Positions 1-10,071 of a stretch of 43,544 nt of DNA are shown piece by piece. Numbering within the stretch: position 1 is the stretch's first letter; every line of letters starts with the position of its first letter. The DNA comes from a virus, in IMG/VR virus record IMGVR_UViG_3300009086_000001. One strand, 5' to 3'. The notes beneath the pieces were generated by a model. That model made no database searches, was not told where the DNA came from, and saw only the letters and a list, made by a program, of their open reading frames with translations. A program made the position numbers and the translations under genes.

Positions 1-123
1 CAGGCAGCTATGGAAATACCTGTCGGAATGGGGCAGTTAGCCGTTGGCGCAACTCAATTAGGGGCGGAGATATTAGGAGCAGAAGATTTTGCAGGAAGAA
101 TAGGGCAACAAGTTAAAAAAGAA
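1..123. repeat. Terminal direct repeat, left copy; identical to 43422..43544
   Basis: Bases 1-123 (caggcagctatggaaatacc ... caagttaaaaaagaa) recur base for base at 43422-43544. This is typical of the closure overlap of a circular assembly or of a terminal redundancy. Confidence 0.95.
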
Positions 124-1662
124 AGAGAGGTTGAGGGTGATATAACAACAGCACAAAAAGTAGGTAGATTTATTGGAGAGACAGCCCCATTGTTACCAGT
201 CGGCGCAGGTTCGGGATTGATAAAAGGAGGAATAAAAGCTGGAGCAGCAACGGGATTATTAACCCCCACAGAAGAGGGTACAGCAAAAGAAAGAGTTGTT
301 CAAATAGGTCAATTAGGAGCATTTGGAGGCTTGGCAGGAGGATTATTTAAGGGTATTGGCTCTACTTTAGGTTTAGGAAAGAAGCTTTTAACAGCATCTA
401 CCCCACAAGATGTATTAGCAAGAAGATTAAAGCCAGAACAAGCAAGAGAAGCATTACAGGCTTTAAAAACAAGTGAAGCACCATTAACTGTTGCTGATGT
501 TGCTGGTGATGAAGTGCAAGGTTTAACTAGATCAGTTGCTAAACTACCTAAAGCAAGAGACTTGATTGTTGATGCTTTGGAGGGTAGATCGGAAAAAGCG
601 GTAGAAAGAGTTTCTAGAGAGCTATCAAAAGACATTTCACCAGTTGAAAATTATTTTGCTAATTTAGATGATTTAGCTAAGGCAAGAAGTGAGGTTGCAG
701 CACCTTTATATAAAAAGGCTTTTGATAAGAACACCACTTTAGATATTAATAAAAACAGAGATCTTTTTGATAAAATAGCACCTGATTTAAAAGATGCTAG
801 AAAGAAATTTAGATTAGATGATTCGATTAAAGATGATTCAATAATTATGCTTGATGCTGCTAAAAAGTCACTAGATGACAAGATAGGTAAGGCAATAAGG
901 CAGGGTGAGAGACAGGAAGCGCGAGCTTTAACCGAAATAAAGAATGAGCTTGTGTCAAAATTAGATAATCTAAATCCAGATTACAAAAAGGCCAGAAAAG
1001 TATTTAGCGATTTTGCCTCGATAGAGAGTGCGCAAAAACAAGGTTTACAATTCTCAAAGATGAGGCCACAGGAATTAAAAAGATTTTTAAAGAATTTAGA
1101 TCCCAGTGAAAAAGAAGCTTTTAGAATAGGGGCAAGGGAAAATTTACAAAAAATTGTTAGCTCTACTTCTGAAGGTGCTGATCCTGCAAAAAGAATATTT
1201 GGTAACAGTTTTAAAAGAAATCAAATAAGAGCTTTGTTTGAAAATGATGCACAATACAAGTCTTTTGCAAAAAAAATGCGAGATGAAATAAAAACAGCCG
1301 AGACAAAATTTAAAGTGCTTGGTGGCTCAAGAACAGATATTAATCAAGCAACAGATGCACAATTCATTGATGAGGTGGCACAAGGAGCATCTATTGTTGG
1401 AGGGAATAAAGCTGAATTATTAAGGGCTACAGCAAACACACTAAAAAACAGAGTCGCTGGACTGACTCAGAAAAATGCTACACAATTGGCTAAGATTTTG
1501 ACTGATAGAAAAGAAGGAGCTGAGGCATTACGTTCTATTATCAAAAAAGAAAAGGATGAGTTACAAAAAACACTTATGACAGATTTTATTAAGAGAATCA
1601 GACCAGAATTATTAACGGTACAAACTTTACAAACCGCAAGAGAAAGATCTCCTGCAGAATAA
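1..1662 (+). CDS. Internal virion / ejection-like protein, 3' part of the junction-spanning gene (5' part at 43299..43544)
   Basis: The reading frame is continuous across the overlap (43422 equals base 1, same phase), giving about 594 aa in total. The N-terminus is Gly/Ala-rich and is followed by a long Lys/Glu-rich helical region. It is the third of three large non-enzymatic proteins between the head and tail genes. Confidence 0.5.
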   Translation, partial: QAAMEIPVGMGQLAVGATQLGAEILGAEDFAGRIGQQVKKEREVEGDITTAQKVGRFIGETAPLLPVGAGSGLIKGGIKAGAATGLLTPTEEGTAKERVVQIGQLGAFGGLAGGLFKGIGSTLGLGKKLLTASTPQDVLARRLKPEQAREALQALKTSEAPLTVADVAGDEVQGLTRSVAKLPKARDLIVDALEGRSEKAVERVSRELSKDISPVENYFANLDDLAKARSEVAAPLYKKAFDKNTTLDINKNRDLFDKIAPDLKDARKKFRLDDSIKDDSIIMLDAAKKSLDDKIGKAIRQGERQEARALTEIKNELVSKLDNLNPDYKKARKVFSDFASIESAQKQGLQFSKMRPQELKRFLKNLDPSEKEAFRIGARENLQKIVSSTSEGADPAKRIFGNSFKRNQIRALFENDAQYKSFAKKMRDEIKTAETKFKVLGGSRTDINQATDAQFIDEVAQGASIVGGNKAELLRATANTLKNRVAGLTQKNATQLAKILTDRKEGAEALRSIIKKEKDELQKTLMTDFIKRIRPELLTVQTLQTARERSPAE

Positions 1663-1671
1663 TCTAAGAAA

Positions 1672-2658
1672 ATGGCACAAACTTTTTACATACCAATAAA
1701 TCAAGTATTTAGCAACCTAGGGATAATTGGCGCAGGTTACAAATTAGAGTTCTTTGAGACAGGCACAAGTACGCCAAAAGATACCTATTCAGATGTAGGT
1801 CTAACTGTACCTAATACTAACCCCGTTATTGCAGATTCTTCTGGTAGGTTTCCACAAATATTTGTTGAAAGCTTAGCTGATTACAAGGCTATTTTAAAAG
1901 ATGAGATTGATAATGTTATCTGGACATCAGACCCAGTTGACCCGAAAGTATTTTCTTTAAACGATTTTGACCCAAGGCCAGCTTCATTTTGGGGAACAAC
2001 AGCAGGAACCAACACTGAATATACTTTAAATGCCAATCCTCCAATTAGTGAAAATAAGAACACACACATATTTTTAGTGCAATTCCATATTACTTGTGGT
2101 GATAGTCCATCTTTAGATATTGATGGACAAGGAGCGTTAAATCTCAAAAAGTATAACACTAGTGGTACAAATAAAATTGATATTGTAACAAGTGATCTTC
2201 TGCCAAGAAGATATTGGATTACAAATGACGGAGTAGATTATGTTGTGCTAAATCCAGAGATTCCAGCGACAGAAGATTTTGCAGGTTTATTAGAAATCGC
2301 CACTCAAGCAGAGGTTGATGATGGGACTGTTGATAATAAGGCGGTTGTTCCTAGCACCTTAGAATCGAGATTGTTGGGTATTTTAGCAACAGCAATTCAA
2401 TCTACCAATGGTTATATCCGCATACCTGCGACAGTGGGAGGAATGGAGGAGGAAATTATTATACAGTGGGGTTTTCAAGGTTCATTAGGAGCTTTTAACT
2501 TTCCAATCACTTTTCCAAATGCAGCTTTTTCGATTGCGGTTTGTAGACGCTCAAATGATGGCCAAGAGTCGTTGGGTGTTTCGGCTCTTTCTGCTTCTGG
2601 CGCAACCTTTCAATCAGTAGAGGGAATGTCAGGAAGTTATATTGTTATTGGTTATTAA
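1672..2658 (+). CDS. Tail fibre protein
   Basis: 328 aa. The C-terminal segment 'GYIRIP...IIIQWG...FNFPITFPNAAFSIAV' resembles the gp53-like C-terminal domain seen on many phage fibres. It sits in the tail module. Confidence 0.55.
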   Translation: MAQTFYIPINQVFSNLGIIGAGYKLEFFETGTSTPKDTYSDVGLTVPNTNPVIADSSGRFPQIFVESLADYKAILKDEIDNVIWTSDPVDPKVFSLNDFDPRPASFWGTTAGTNTEYTLNANPPISENKNTHIFLVQFHITCGDSPSLDIDGQGALNLKKYNTSGTNKIDIVTSDLLPRRYWITNDGVDYVVLNPEIPATEDFAGLLEIATQAEVDDGTVDNKAVVPSTLESRLLGILATAIQSTNGYIRIPATVGGMEEEIIIQWGFQGSLGAFNFPITFPNAAFSIAVCRRSNDGQESLGVSALSASGATFQSVEGMSGSYIVIGY

Positions 2659-2670
2659 TTAAAATAAATT

Positions 2671-3243
2671 ATGAGAGAAAATAAAGCAAAGTTTACAGCA
2701 AAATATACTAAATCAAATAATTTCGTTGTTGGTTATTTTCCAAACGATATTAATTATCCAAATGAGTCATTTATTGATACAAACGATATAGGATATATTG
2801 AAATAACAAAATCAGAGTGGGAAAATAGACCGGATCAGGCTATTGTTAATGGAAACACTATTGAAGCTTATATTAAGCCAGATGATGAACTTCTGCAAGA
2901 GGCTAAAGATGCTAAAATAGCACAACTAGCCATTAATCGTGAGAATCTAGCAGAAAAATCAACAGTTGCCTACAATCAAAAGACATACGCTAATTCACAA
3001 AATGCAAGAATAGCCATTTTAAATTTTTTGCAAAAACTAACGGATGATATAACAACAGCTCCTTATTTTACTTATCCAGAAAAAGAAATTGTTAATCTAA
3101 ATAGATTAGATTTTATATCCCTAAGAAATTTAATAGAATCTAATGAATCATCTTTAAGAGTTAATGAGTCTGGATTGATACAAGATATTAATAACTGTAC
3201 GACAGTTGAAGAAGTTAATAATATTAATATAGATTTAAACTAG
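2671..3243 (+). CDS. Hypothetical protein, possibly fibre-associated (DUF4376-like)
   Basis: 190 aa directly after the fibre gene. The central 'EAKDAKIAQLAINRE...YANSQNARIAILNF' recalls DUF4376-type proteins. A/T-only leader aattaaaataaatt precedes the ATG. Confidence 0.35.
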   Translation: MRENKAKFTAKYTKSNNFVVGYFPNDINYPNESFIDTNDIGYIEITKSEWENRPDQAIVNGNTIEAYIKPDDELLQEAKDAKIAQLAINRENLAEKSTVAYNQKTYANSQNARIAILNFLQKLTDDITTAPYFTYPEKEIVNLNRLDFISLRNLIESNESSLRVNESGLIQDINNCTTVEEVNNINIDLN

Positions 3244-3244
3244 G

Positions 3245-4195
3245 ATGACAACAAGTAACTCAACAGATTTCAATCTTGCAAGAGACGAAATAGTGAACGA
3301 AGCCTATAGAGAAATAGGTGTAAAAACTCCCGGAAGAGCTTTAACTTCAGAAGAAATGAATGACGGTGTGCGTTCCCTAAACATTATGATTAAATCATGG
3401 GAAGCGGCAGGAATATATTTGTGGAAAGAAACAGAAGGCACTTTATTTCTAGTGCCAAGTCAAAATAGTTATAGGCTAGATGCGGCCACAGCTAATGCTA
3501 CCACTGAATTTACCCAAACCACTTTGTCAGCCGATGAAATAACGGGAGAAACTACTATTTCTGTTAATGATACAAGTAGTTTTACTTTAGGTGACTTTGT
3601 TGGCATAAAACAAGACAACAACACTCTTCATTGGTCAATTATAAATGCAATAGGAGCGACTACAATTGGTATTAATGATGCTTTAACTAATGATGCCTCT
3701 GAAAACAATGTAGTATATAATTACACAACTAAAATAAATAGACCTCAAAGAATTTCATCATGCAGATTAAGAAATACACAATCGCAAACAGATATTGTAT
3801 TAAAAGAGATATCTAGAAGTACTTATTTTGATTTATCTAATAAATTTTCCGAAGGAAAGCCAACCAAATTTTATTACGATAAACAATTAAATTATGGAGA
3901 TCTTTATTTATGGTCAACCGCTGGTAGTGTTGATGATTTAATTAAGTTCACATTTAGCAGAACTTTTGAAGATTATGATGAACCATTAAACACTTCTGAT
4001 TTTCCTGTTGAATGGCTAGAGGCCATTATTACAAACTTAGCTTATAAGTTAGGTAAAAAGTATGGCATAGGAGCGCAAAGACTAGCGCAAATAAAAGAAG
4101 ATGCTCAAACAACCAAGGCAATTGTTGAAGGTTGGGATAGAGAACCAACATCTATTTATTTTGCACCATATATAGACATTAATAATGATAGGTAA
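3245..4195 (+). CDS. Virion-associated hypothetical protein
   Basis: 316-aa ORF tightly packed in the structural operon. No motif recognised. Confidence 0.5.
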   Translation: MTTSNSTDFNLARDEIVNEAYREIGVKTPGRALTSEEMNDGVRSLNIMIKSWEAAGIYLWKETEGTLFLVPSQNSYRLDAATANATTEFTQTTLSADEITGETTISVNDTSSFTLGDFVGIKQDNNTLHWSIINAIGATTIGINDALTNDASENNVVYNYTTKINRPQRISSCRLRNTQSQTDIVLKEISRSTYFDLSNKFSEGKPTKFYYDKQLNYGDLYLWSTAGSVDDLIKFTFSRTFEDYDEPLNTSDFPVEWLEAIITNLAYKLGKKYGIGAQRLAQIKEDAQTTKAIVEGWDREPTSIYFAPYIDINNDR

Positions 4196-4197
4196 AA

Positions 4198-5619
4198 ATG
4201 GGAGAAACTACACAGATTAATTTTGCAAAAAATTCCTATAAATCAAGAAGCAAATCTTTATCATCCCAAAGAATTGTCAATCTTTATGCAGAAGCAGCAC
4301 CAGATGACTCACCTTTTCCAGTGGCTCTTTTTGGAACGCCAGGCATAAAAGAATGGGTTGATCTTGATACACTCAATTCAATTAATGGTACGATTGTTAT
4401 GGGTGGCGATTTATATGTTGTTAATGGGGTTGAGGTTTATAAAGTAGATAGTAATAAAAACATTACTCTTTTGGGTGATATGCCGGTTAGCCCAGGACGT
4501 GTAATGCTTACAGAAAACGGGCTTCAAGTAGGCATACTAAACCCAGATGGTACTTTATATGTTGCTACTAGTAGTTCATTGACGCAAGTTACTGATCTTG
4601 ATTATTTATTGTCTGATAGTATTACAACTTTAGACGGATTTACCATCCTGACTGCAAAACCAGATATACCAGCCAATAAAGTAAAATTCTTTATTTCGTC
4701 TCTTAGGGACATGACATCTTATGATGCTTTAGAATTCGCCAATGCAGAAGGTGAGCCAGATGTTTTATTAAGGGCTATTTCAGATAATAGGGAGCTTTGG
4801 CTATTTGGTAGCAATACAATACAGGTTTATTTCAATTCCGCAAATGTTGATTTTCCTTTTGAAAGAATTAATGGAGCTTTTATTCAACAGGGTTGTGCAG
4901 CTAAATTTTCTCCAGCAGTAGAAGATAATGCATTTCATTTCTTGGGGAATGACAGGATTGTTTACCAAACTCAAGGCTATGAGCTAAGAAAAATATCCAC
5001 CTACGCCATTGATACTGAAATCGAGTCTTATAATGTGGTGGAAGATGCTTTTGGTTTTATATACACTCAAGAAGGACATAAATTTTATTGTTTAACATTT
5101 CCAACGGAAAAGAGAAGCTGGTGTTATGATTTAACAACAGGATTATGGCATGAAAGACAAAGTCTAAATTTCCAAAGATGGATAGCTAATAGCTTTTCAT
5201 TCTTTGCTGGAAAAAACCTAATAGGCAATCCTGAATCTGGAAAAATCTATGAATTAGATCTTAATACCTACACTGAAGAAGATAGTTATATAGAAAGATT
5301 AGCTGCTTCAGCCAGTCAATTCGCTCTTCAAAGCAGAACGACTATTGATAGATTTGTGTTAGAGATGGATGAAGGAACGGGAATTACACAAGGGCAAGGG
5401 GAAGATCCTCAAGCAATGCTGCAATGGTCAATAGATGGTGGACAAACTTTTTCTTATGAGTTATGGCAGCCAATAGGAAAAATAGGTGAGTATAGAAATA
5501 AAATTTTTTGGTATAGATTGGGACAGGGTCGGGAGTTTATATTTAGAATCAAGATAACTGATCCAATAAAAATAGTAATATTGGGAGCTTATATTAATGC
5601 AACAGTAGGTTATTCGTAA
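4198..5619 (+). CDS. Possible P22 gp10-like packaged-DNA stabilisation / tail hub protein
   Basis: 473 aa (P22 gp10 is about 472 aa). The N-terminus '...SQRIVNLYAE...LFGTPGIKEW' is reminiscent of the phage stabilisation protein family. Recalled from memory, not searched. Confidence 0.4.
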   Translation: MGETTQINFAKNSYKSRSKSLSSQRIVNLYAEAAPDDSPFPVALFGTPGIKEWVDLDTLNSINGTIVMGGDLYVVNGVEVYKVDSNKNITLLGDMPVSPGRVMLTENGLQVGILNPDGTLYVATSSSLTQVTDLDYLLSDSITTLDGFTILTAKPDIPANKVKFFISSLRDMTSYDALEFANAEGEPDVLLRAISDNRELWLFGSNTIQVYFNSANVDFPFERINGAFIQQGCAAKFSPAVEDNAFHFLGNDRIVYQTQGYELRKISTYAIDTEIESYNVVEDAFGFIYTQEGHKFYCLTFPTEKRSWCYDLTTGLWHERQSLNFQRWIANSFSFFAGKNLIGNPESGKIYELDLNTYTEEDSYIERLAASASQFALQSRTTIDRFVLEMDEGTGITQGQGEDPQAMLQWSIDGGQTFSYELWQPIGKIGEYRNKIFWYRLGQGREFIFRIKITDPIKIVILGAYINATVGYS

Positions 5620-6102
5620 ATGTCAAGACTACCTAACAATTCACAAAAAATTAGCGGTAAAAGTGGTATTGTCACTGTGCCGTGGTATAGATTCTTCCAA
5701 CAATTACAAGATGAAATCTCTTTAGATCCTGTAACTTCACTTACAGCAATAGAGTTTGCAGCTAATTGCTCCGTTTCTGAATCTGTAGGTGATGTGGTTT
5801 ATATTGTAAGTTCCAACACAGTTGATAAAGCATCAGCTTTATCTATAAACACCGCCCAAGCAGTAGGAGTTATAGCAGAGAAACCAACGGCCACGACCTG
5901 TGTTGTAAGAGTTAGTGGAACAATAACAGGATATACAGGCTTGACGCCTGGAAGAGAATATTTTTTATCAACAGTTGCTGGTGGGATAACGCTAAATGTT
6001 ACCACTGTACCTGATACCGTTTTATTGCCTGTGGGTTATGCCTTAAGTAGTACGGAGCTATTATTAACAATATCAAATCAAGATTTAACAATAAGATCAT
6101 GA
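5620..6102 (+). CDS. Tail-associated protein carrying a domain shared with 6446..7207
   Basis: 160 aa with a TAAATG junction to the previous gene. Residues about 56-152 align by eye with residues about 148-246 of the protein at 6446..7207. Confidence 0.5.
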   Translation: MSRLPNNSQKISGKSGIVTVPWYRFFQQLQDEISLDPVTSLTAIEFAANCSVSESVGDVVYIVSSNTVDKASALSINTAQAVGVIAEKPTATTCVVRVSGTITGYTGLTPGREYFLSTVAGGITLNVTTVPDTVLLPVGYALSSTELLLTISNQDLTIRS

Positions 6103-6443
6103 AAAAAATAGAAAAAAAAGACTTTTTAGAATTTGAGAATTTAAATTATCAAATAGATATAGAGAAATTAAATCTTAAATATATTAATTTAATGTTGATT
6201 CTTAATGAGTTAAAGGTAAAATATCATGAATCAGAGGCTAAATGTAATCAGCAACTTGCTGTACTTACAATCAACGAAAGGCAAACCATTGAGAATTCTC
6301 TTGATGCCAATAAAAGCAAAATCAAAGAGAAGGAAATCAAATTAGAAGAATTCATAGAGGAACTTGAGAAAAAGAAGAATCTTGATCTAAAGGATTCAAC
6401 AATAAATCCGAAAACTTTAGAAATAAAAAAAATAACTAACTAA
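6099..6443 (+). CDS. Coiled-coil hypothetical protein
   Basis: 114 aa, Lys/Glu/Leu-rich heptad-like sequence. ATGA start-stop overlap with the upstream gene. Confidence 0.5.
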   Translation: MKKIEKKDFLEFENLNYQIDIEKLNLKYINLMLILNELKVKYHESEAKCNQQLAVLTINERQTIENSLDANKSKIKEKEIKLEEFIEELEKKKNLDLKDSTINPKTLEIKKITN

Positions 6444-6445
6444 GA

Positions 6446-7207
6446 ATGGCACAAGTAAAATTATTAAAAATTAGCGCTTCTGGTAGAAGGGCTGAAATGG
6501 ATTCGGCAGCTGATGATATAACTTTAAATAGTTATACAGCGTCAACATCTTTTTCAGTAACCGGTGGTGTAACAATAGATTCAAACATTACGTTTAATGC
6601 CTTAACAGATACAATCGCAGGCATTCAAAATCAGAACTTATTAGACAAAACTGCTAGTGAGACTATCTCTGGTGATTACACATACACTGGTGTAAATGAT
6701 ATTACTGCTGGTGATTTAAGAATTCCGACAGCTATATCAGGCGCACCAGCAACTGGTGATGTATACTTAAACGCTGGTACACAACAAGTATTTGCATATG
6801 ACGGATCAACTTATTTTGATATAGGCGGAACTGGTTCAGCATCTTCGGTTGAAATTACTTACACAGCAGGTACTGGTGGTATTACTATTGGTGATGCAGT
6901 TTATATCTCTGGCGCTGATACAGTTTTACCAGCAAATGCCGATATAGAAGGAACTTCTTCTGTAATTGGTTTTGCAAAAACAACAGAGGCAGCAACTAAC
7001 CCCGTTGTAGTTGTAACAAAAGGTATTGTTCCTGGTGTACTAACTGGGGCAACACCTGGTGCAGTTTACTATCTAGATATCACAAATGGACAAATCACAA
7101 CTACCGTACCAACTGGATCGGCTGATGTAGTGCTTGAAGTCGGTTATGCTAAAAACGCAACTGACCTTCACGTAGAAATCAAAGGTCTAGATATTAGGGC
7201 TGCATAA
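6446..7207 (+). CDS. Tail fibre / spike-like protein
   Basis: 253 aa, Gly/Thr/Ala-rich. The C-terminal domain 'GDAVYISG...TPGAVYYLD...VGYAKNATDLHV' is paralogous to 5620..6102. Confidence 0.5.
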   Translation: MAQVKLLKISASGRRAEMDSAADDITLNSYTASTSFSVTGGVTIDSNITFNALTDTIAGIQNQNLLDKTASETISGDYTYTGVNDITAGDLRIPTAISGAPATGDVYLNAGTQQVFAYDGSTYFDIGGTGSASSVEITYTAGTGGITIGDAVYISGADTVLPANADIEGTSSVIGFAKTTEAATNPVVVVTKGIVPGVLTGATPGAVYYLDITNGQITTTVPTGSADVVLEVGYAKNATDLHVEIKGLDIRAA

Positions 7208-7446
7208 TGGTAGATAAAGTAAGGCCTTTAAAGGTAGAAACCATTTCTAATGGCGGCGGTGTTGACGATATGAGGCGCACTGCCGCTGATCCAGATAGAA
7301 ATTATCTAGCTTGCAAGGGGATTGCTTTTGAAAATGATGATAACACTTTATTAGAAAAAGACACGGACGGTGATATTGTGGCTATATCAAATGGTGAAAC
7401 CACAAAATTACGAAGCCCAATACCATTAATAATTGCATTAGGATGA
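7207..7446 (+). CDS. Hypothetical protein
   Basis: 79-aa ORF with a TAATG overlap to the upstream gene. Confidence 0.5.
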   Translation: MVDKVRPLKVETISNGGGVDDMRRTAADPDRNYLACKGIAFENDDNTLLEKDTDGDIVAISNGETTKLRSPIPLIIALG

Positions 7447-8153
7447 CTAAAGTATTAGTAGGAAATATAGGATCATATACTTTTGACGCTTCGGCCAAAA
7501 CTGTTACTTTAACAGGATTGCCAACGCTAACAATTGAGCAAATTCTATTAATTACTAATGTCAAAGATACTTCTAACGAGGTTATTTATCAGTTTGACCT
7601 ACCATCTAAAAGTGGCACAATATCAGGCAATGTAATTACTCTTGTTTATGACACAGCAGCAATGAGTGATACAGACCCTTTACAAATTTGGGTTGATATT
7701 AATTCTGCAAGTGTACCTAGTGCGTTCTTAATACAAGGTACAAGCGGAAACCAAGCAGATGTTAATGTATCTGGTGAACTAAAAGTAATAAACGCAACCC
7801 CAACTCCTCCACCAGCAACAACTCCAGTATTGGACAGCCATTTAGATAGTGATAATGCTATTTTAGATAATTTTTATCTTATACCTAGTGGTCAAGTATT
7901 AACTCTACAGCTTTTTAGATCTGGTTCAGAAGGTACAGCAATAATTAGTGCTTATATTTGCGATGATGGAACTAACCCAAATGATCTCACAGAGCCACTG
8001 GCAATATCTTACTTGGCAATAAATAATGACACGCAGCCACTTAACATAGACATCACAGGCGATGGAACGCGAACCGTTAGACTTAGGAGAGAGCCAGCAG
8101 GAGGGGGTGGTAATAGAGAAATGTATGTAGCAATAACAGGGTTTTTAACATGA
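7443..8153 (+). CDS. Hypothetical virion protein
   Basis: 236-aa ORF with an ATGA overlap, in the tail module. Confidence 0.5.
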   Translation: MTKVLVGNIGSYTFDASAKTVTLTGLPTLTIEQILLITNVKDTSNEVIYQFDLPSKSGTISGNVITLVYDTAAMSDTDPLQIWVDINSASVPSAFLIQGTSGNQADVNVSGELKVINATPTPPPATTPVLDSHLDSDNAILDNFYLIPSGQVLTLQLFRSGSEGTAIISAYICDDGTNPNDLTEPLAISYLAINNDTQPLNIDITGDGTRTVRLRREPAGGGGNREMYVAITGFLT

Positions 8154-8524
8154 CAGATAATACTTATAAGCTTATATCTTTTACAGAGGATCAAACTATA
8201 TCTAAAACAGAATATACTACTGTTTATAGTTTTACAGGCAAAGGTTTCATTGATTGTATAGTATTTAATGTTGATGATACTGATATGCTTTTAAATATAG
8301 TATTAGATAATGAAAATGTTATTGATGGATTTCTATTAAAAGATTTGGGTTCAAAATATAACTTTAGTGACGATGTTGGCTTGCCTTTAACAGAAGTTGG
8401 CAATAACACCTTTAGGTATAGATTAAGAAGTTTACAGGGATTTAAGCAATCCTTGCAAATAGAGTTAAAACATAACAAGAAAATTAATAAAAAGCTAGTT
8501 GCTGGCTATATAACAAAGGAATAG
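8150..8524 (+). CDS. Hypothetical protein
   Basis: 124-aa ORF with an ATGA overlap. Confidence 0.5.
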   Translation: MTDNTYKLISFTEDQTISKTEYTTVYSFTGKGFIDCIVFNVDDTDMLLNIVLDNENVIDGFLLKDLGSKYNFSDDVGLPLTEVGNNTFRYRLRSLQGFKQSLQIELKHNKKINKKLVAGYITKE

Positions 8525-8527
8525 TAA

Positions 8528-9178
8528 ATGAAAATAAAATTAAATTGGGTAGATTTTAAAGGTGAAGTTTCTGATAGAGCTATGAACCCACAGTGGGTAG
8601 ATGCTAATGATTCTTACTATATTTGTGCTAAAGATGACTTCTTTCAATTTAATTGTGAGTTAGAGCAAGATGAAGGTAGTGATGTAGTAGACTTTGAAGT
8701 TAACTATAAAGATAGTTGGAATAGAGCATTGGAATATCATGATAGAAATGGCTTAAAAAGGTTTCACACCTCCCCACGTCCGAATGGTACAATAACTTAT
8801 TTTGCTGGAGGTGGTGATAATGGGGGTGTTGGTAACGGTGCTGATATGGTTTTTGATATTACCAGTGGCGATACAGAGGTATCTAAAATTCTATCATTTA
8901 GTGAAGATGTTAATGTTAAAGACGGCATTGTAATAACAAAAAATGCTCCATTAGGTTCTAAAATCTCGGTAGAAATACTTGACCCATCAGATAACGTAGT
9001 AATGACCTTTGTAAAGAAGGTTAATTTATTGGGATCTCAAACAATTTATTTAAATAGTGAGGATAGCGAATTGCTTTATTCTTACTTGAAGTTGAAAGTA
9101 ACGGTTTACAATGGAATAACTCCTGTGGATTTTCAGGTAGTAGGTAATATAGAAATGTATAGAACTAACACGGTATAA
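8528..9178 (+). CDS. Hypothetical virion protein
   Basis: 216-aa ORF that looks beta-rich. No motif recognised. Confidence 0.5.
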   Translation: MKIKLNWVDFKGEVSDRAMNPQWVDANDSYYICAKDDFFQFNCELEQDEGSDVVDFEVNYKDSWNRALEYHDRNGLKRFHTSPRPNGTITYFAGGGDNGGVGNGADMVFDITSGDTEVSKILSFSEDVNVKDGIVITKNAPLGSKISVEILDPSDNVVMTFVKKVNLLGSQTIYLNSEDSELLYSYLKLKVTVYNGITPVDFQVVGNIEMYRTNTV

Positions 9179-9181
9179 ATT

Positions 9182-9685
9182 ATGTATTTTATATTCTTAA
9201 AAAGAAAAGTAACATGGTCAAACTGGTTTATCTGGGTTGGAAAATACATCATAAACCTATTTACATGGTCAAAATATCATCACGCCGCCAGCACTTTTTA
9301 TAAAGATGGTAAAATGTACGTTGGCGAGGCCAAGATGTCTGGAGCCAGAATAATTGAGCTTTCCAAATTCAAAAAAGAAGAGGGAAGCCATAACAAGATT
9401 TATGCGTATAAAGTATTACCTATAATTAGTCCAACAAAGCTAATAGAGTTTAACGAAAAAATGGTTGGCTCTGAGTTTGATTTTAAAGGAGCGGCAAGAG
9501 CGGCCATAAGAATTGTTGATGAAGATGATGATAAAGTTTTCTGCTCGGAAAGAGAGGTTATTCTTTGTCAAGAATTAGATTTATTGCCAAAAAATATTGA
9601 TGCATCAACGATTAACCCAAAGGAATTTTTGAAGCTTCTAAAAAAGAATGCTGTGATAGATATTAAACCTGAAATTTGGAGATAA
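9182..9685 (+). CDS. Possible permuted papain-like (NlpC/P60 superfamily, YaeF/YiiX-type) hydrolase
   Basis: 167 aa. The His-containing 'YHHAAS...MYVGEAKMSGARIIEL' lies upstream of the Cys-containing 'KVFCSEREVILCQ', which is the His-before-Cys order of permuted NlpC/P60 enzymes. It is the first gene of the lysis-region chain. Confidence 0.35.
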   Translation: MYFIFLKRKVTWSNWFIWVGKYIINLFTWSKYHHAASTFYKDGKMYVGEAKMSGARIIELSKFKKEEGSHNKIYAYKVLPIISPTKLIEFNEKMVGSEFDFKGAARAAIRIVDEDDDKVFCSEREVILCQELDLLPKNIDASTINPKEFLKLLKKNAVIDIKPEIWR

Positions 9686-10071
9686 TGGAGCAAAGACAAG
9701 TTACACTTTTTGACCAATTAAATACTTATGGTCTGTATGGATTAATAACAGTGGTATCAACTTATTTAATGGCGAAAATATCAAAGTATGTTTTTCATTT
9801 TTTTGGAAAGGGTTTACTTTCCGAACACAAGAGATATATTAGAGAAGAGGCTGCAGTCATGTTTCAAGACGTTAAGGATGATATCCAGAAGGTTGAAAAA
9901 GATGTTAAAGATGTTTTTGAAAAAGTTGAAAAACTTGAAAGAAAACAACATGGGGTAATTGCAAAAAATGAAGGTGTATTAAATAAGGTATTAGACACGG
10001 CGTTAGAACTTGATAAAAAATTAAATGAAAAAACTATTATTAATATTCCTAGTTCTAAGCGCAAAGGCTAA
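9685..10071 (+). CDS. Membrane-anchored coiled-coil protein (holin or i-spanin-like candidate)
   Basis: The ATG at 9685 overlaps the upstream stop (TAATG); the track start at 9676 is TTG. It has an N-terminal hydrophobic helix 'YGLYGLITVVSTYLMAKI' followed by a Lys/Glu-rich coiled coil. Confidence 0.4.
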   Translation: MEQRQVTLFDQLNTYGLYGLITVVSTYLMAKISKYVFHFFGKGLLSEHKRYIREEAAVMFQDVKDDIQKVEKDVKDVFEKVEKLERKQHGVIAKNEGVLNKVLDTALELDKKLNEKTIINIPSSKRKG

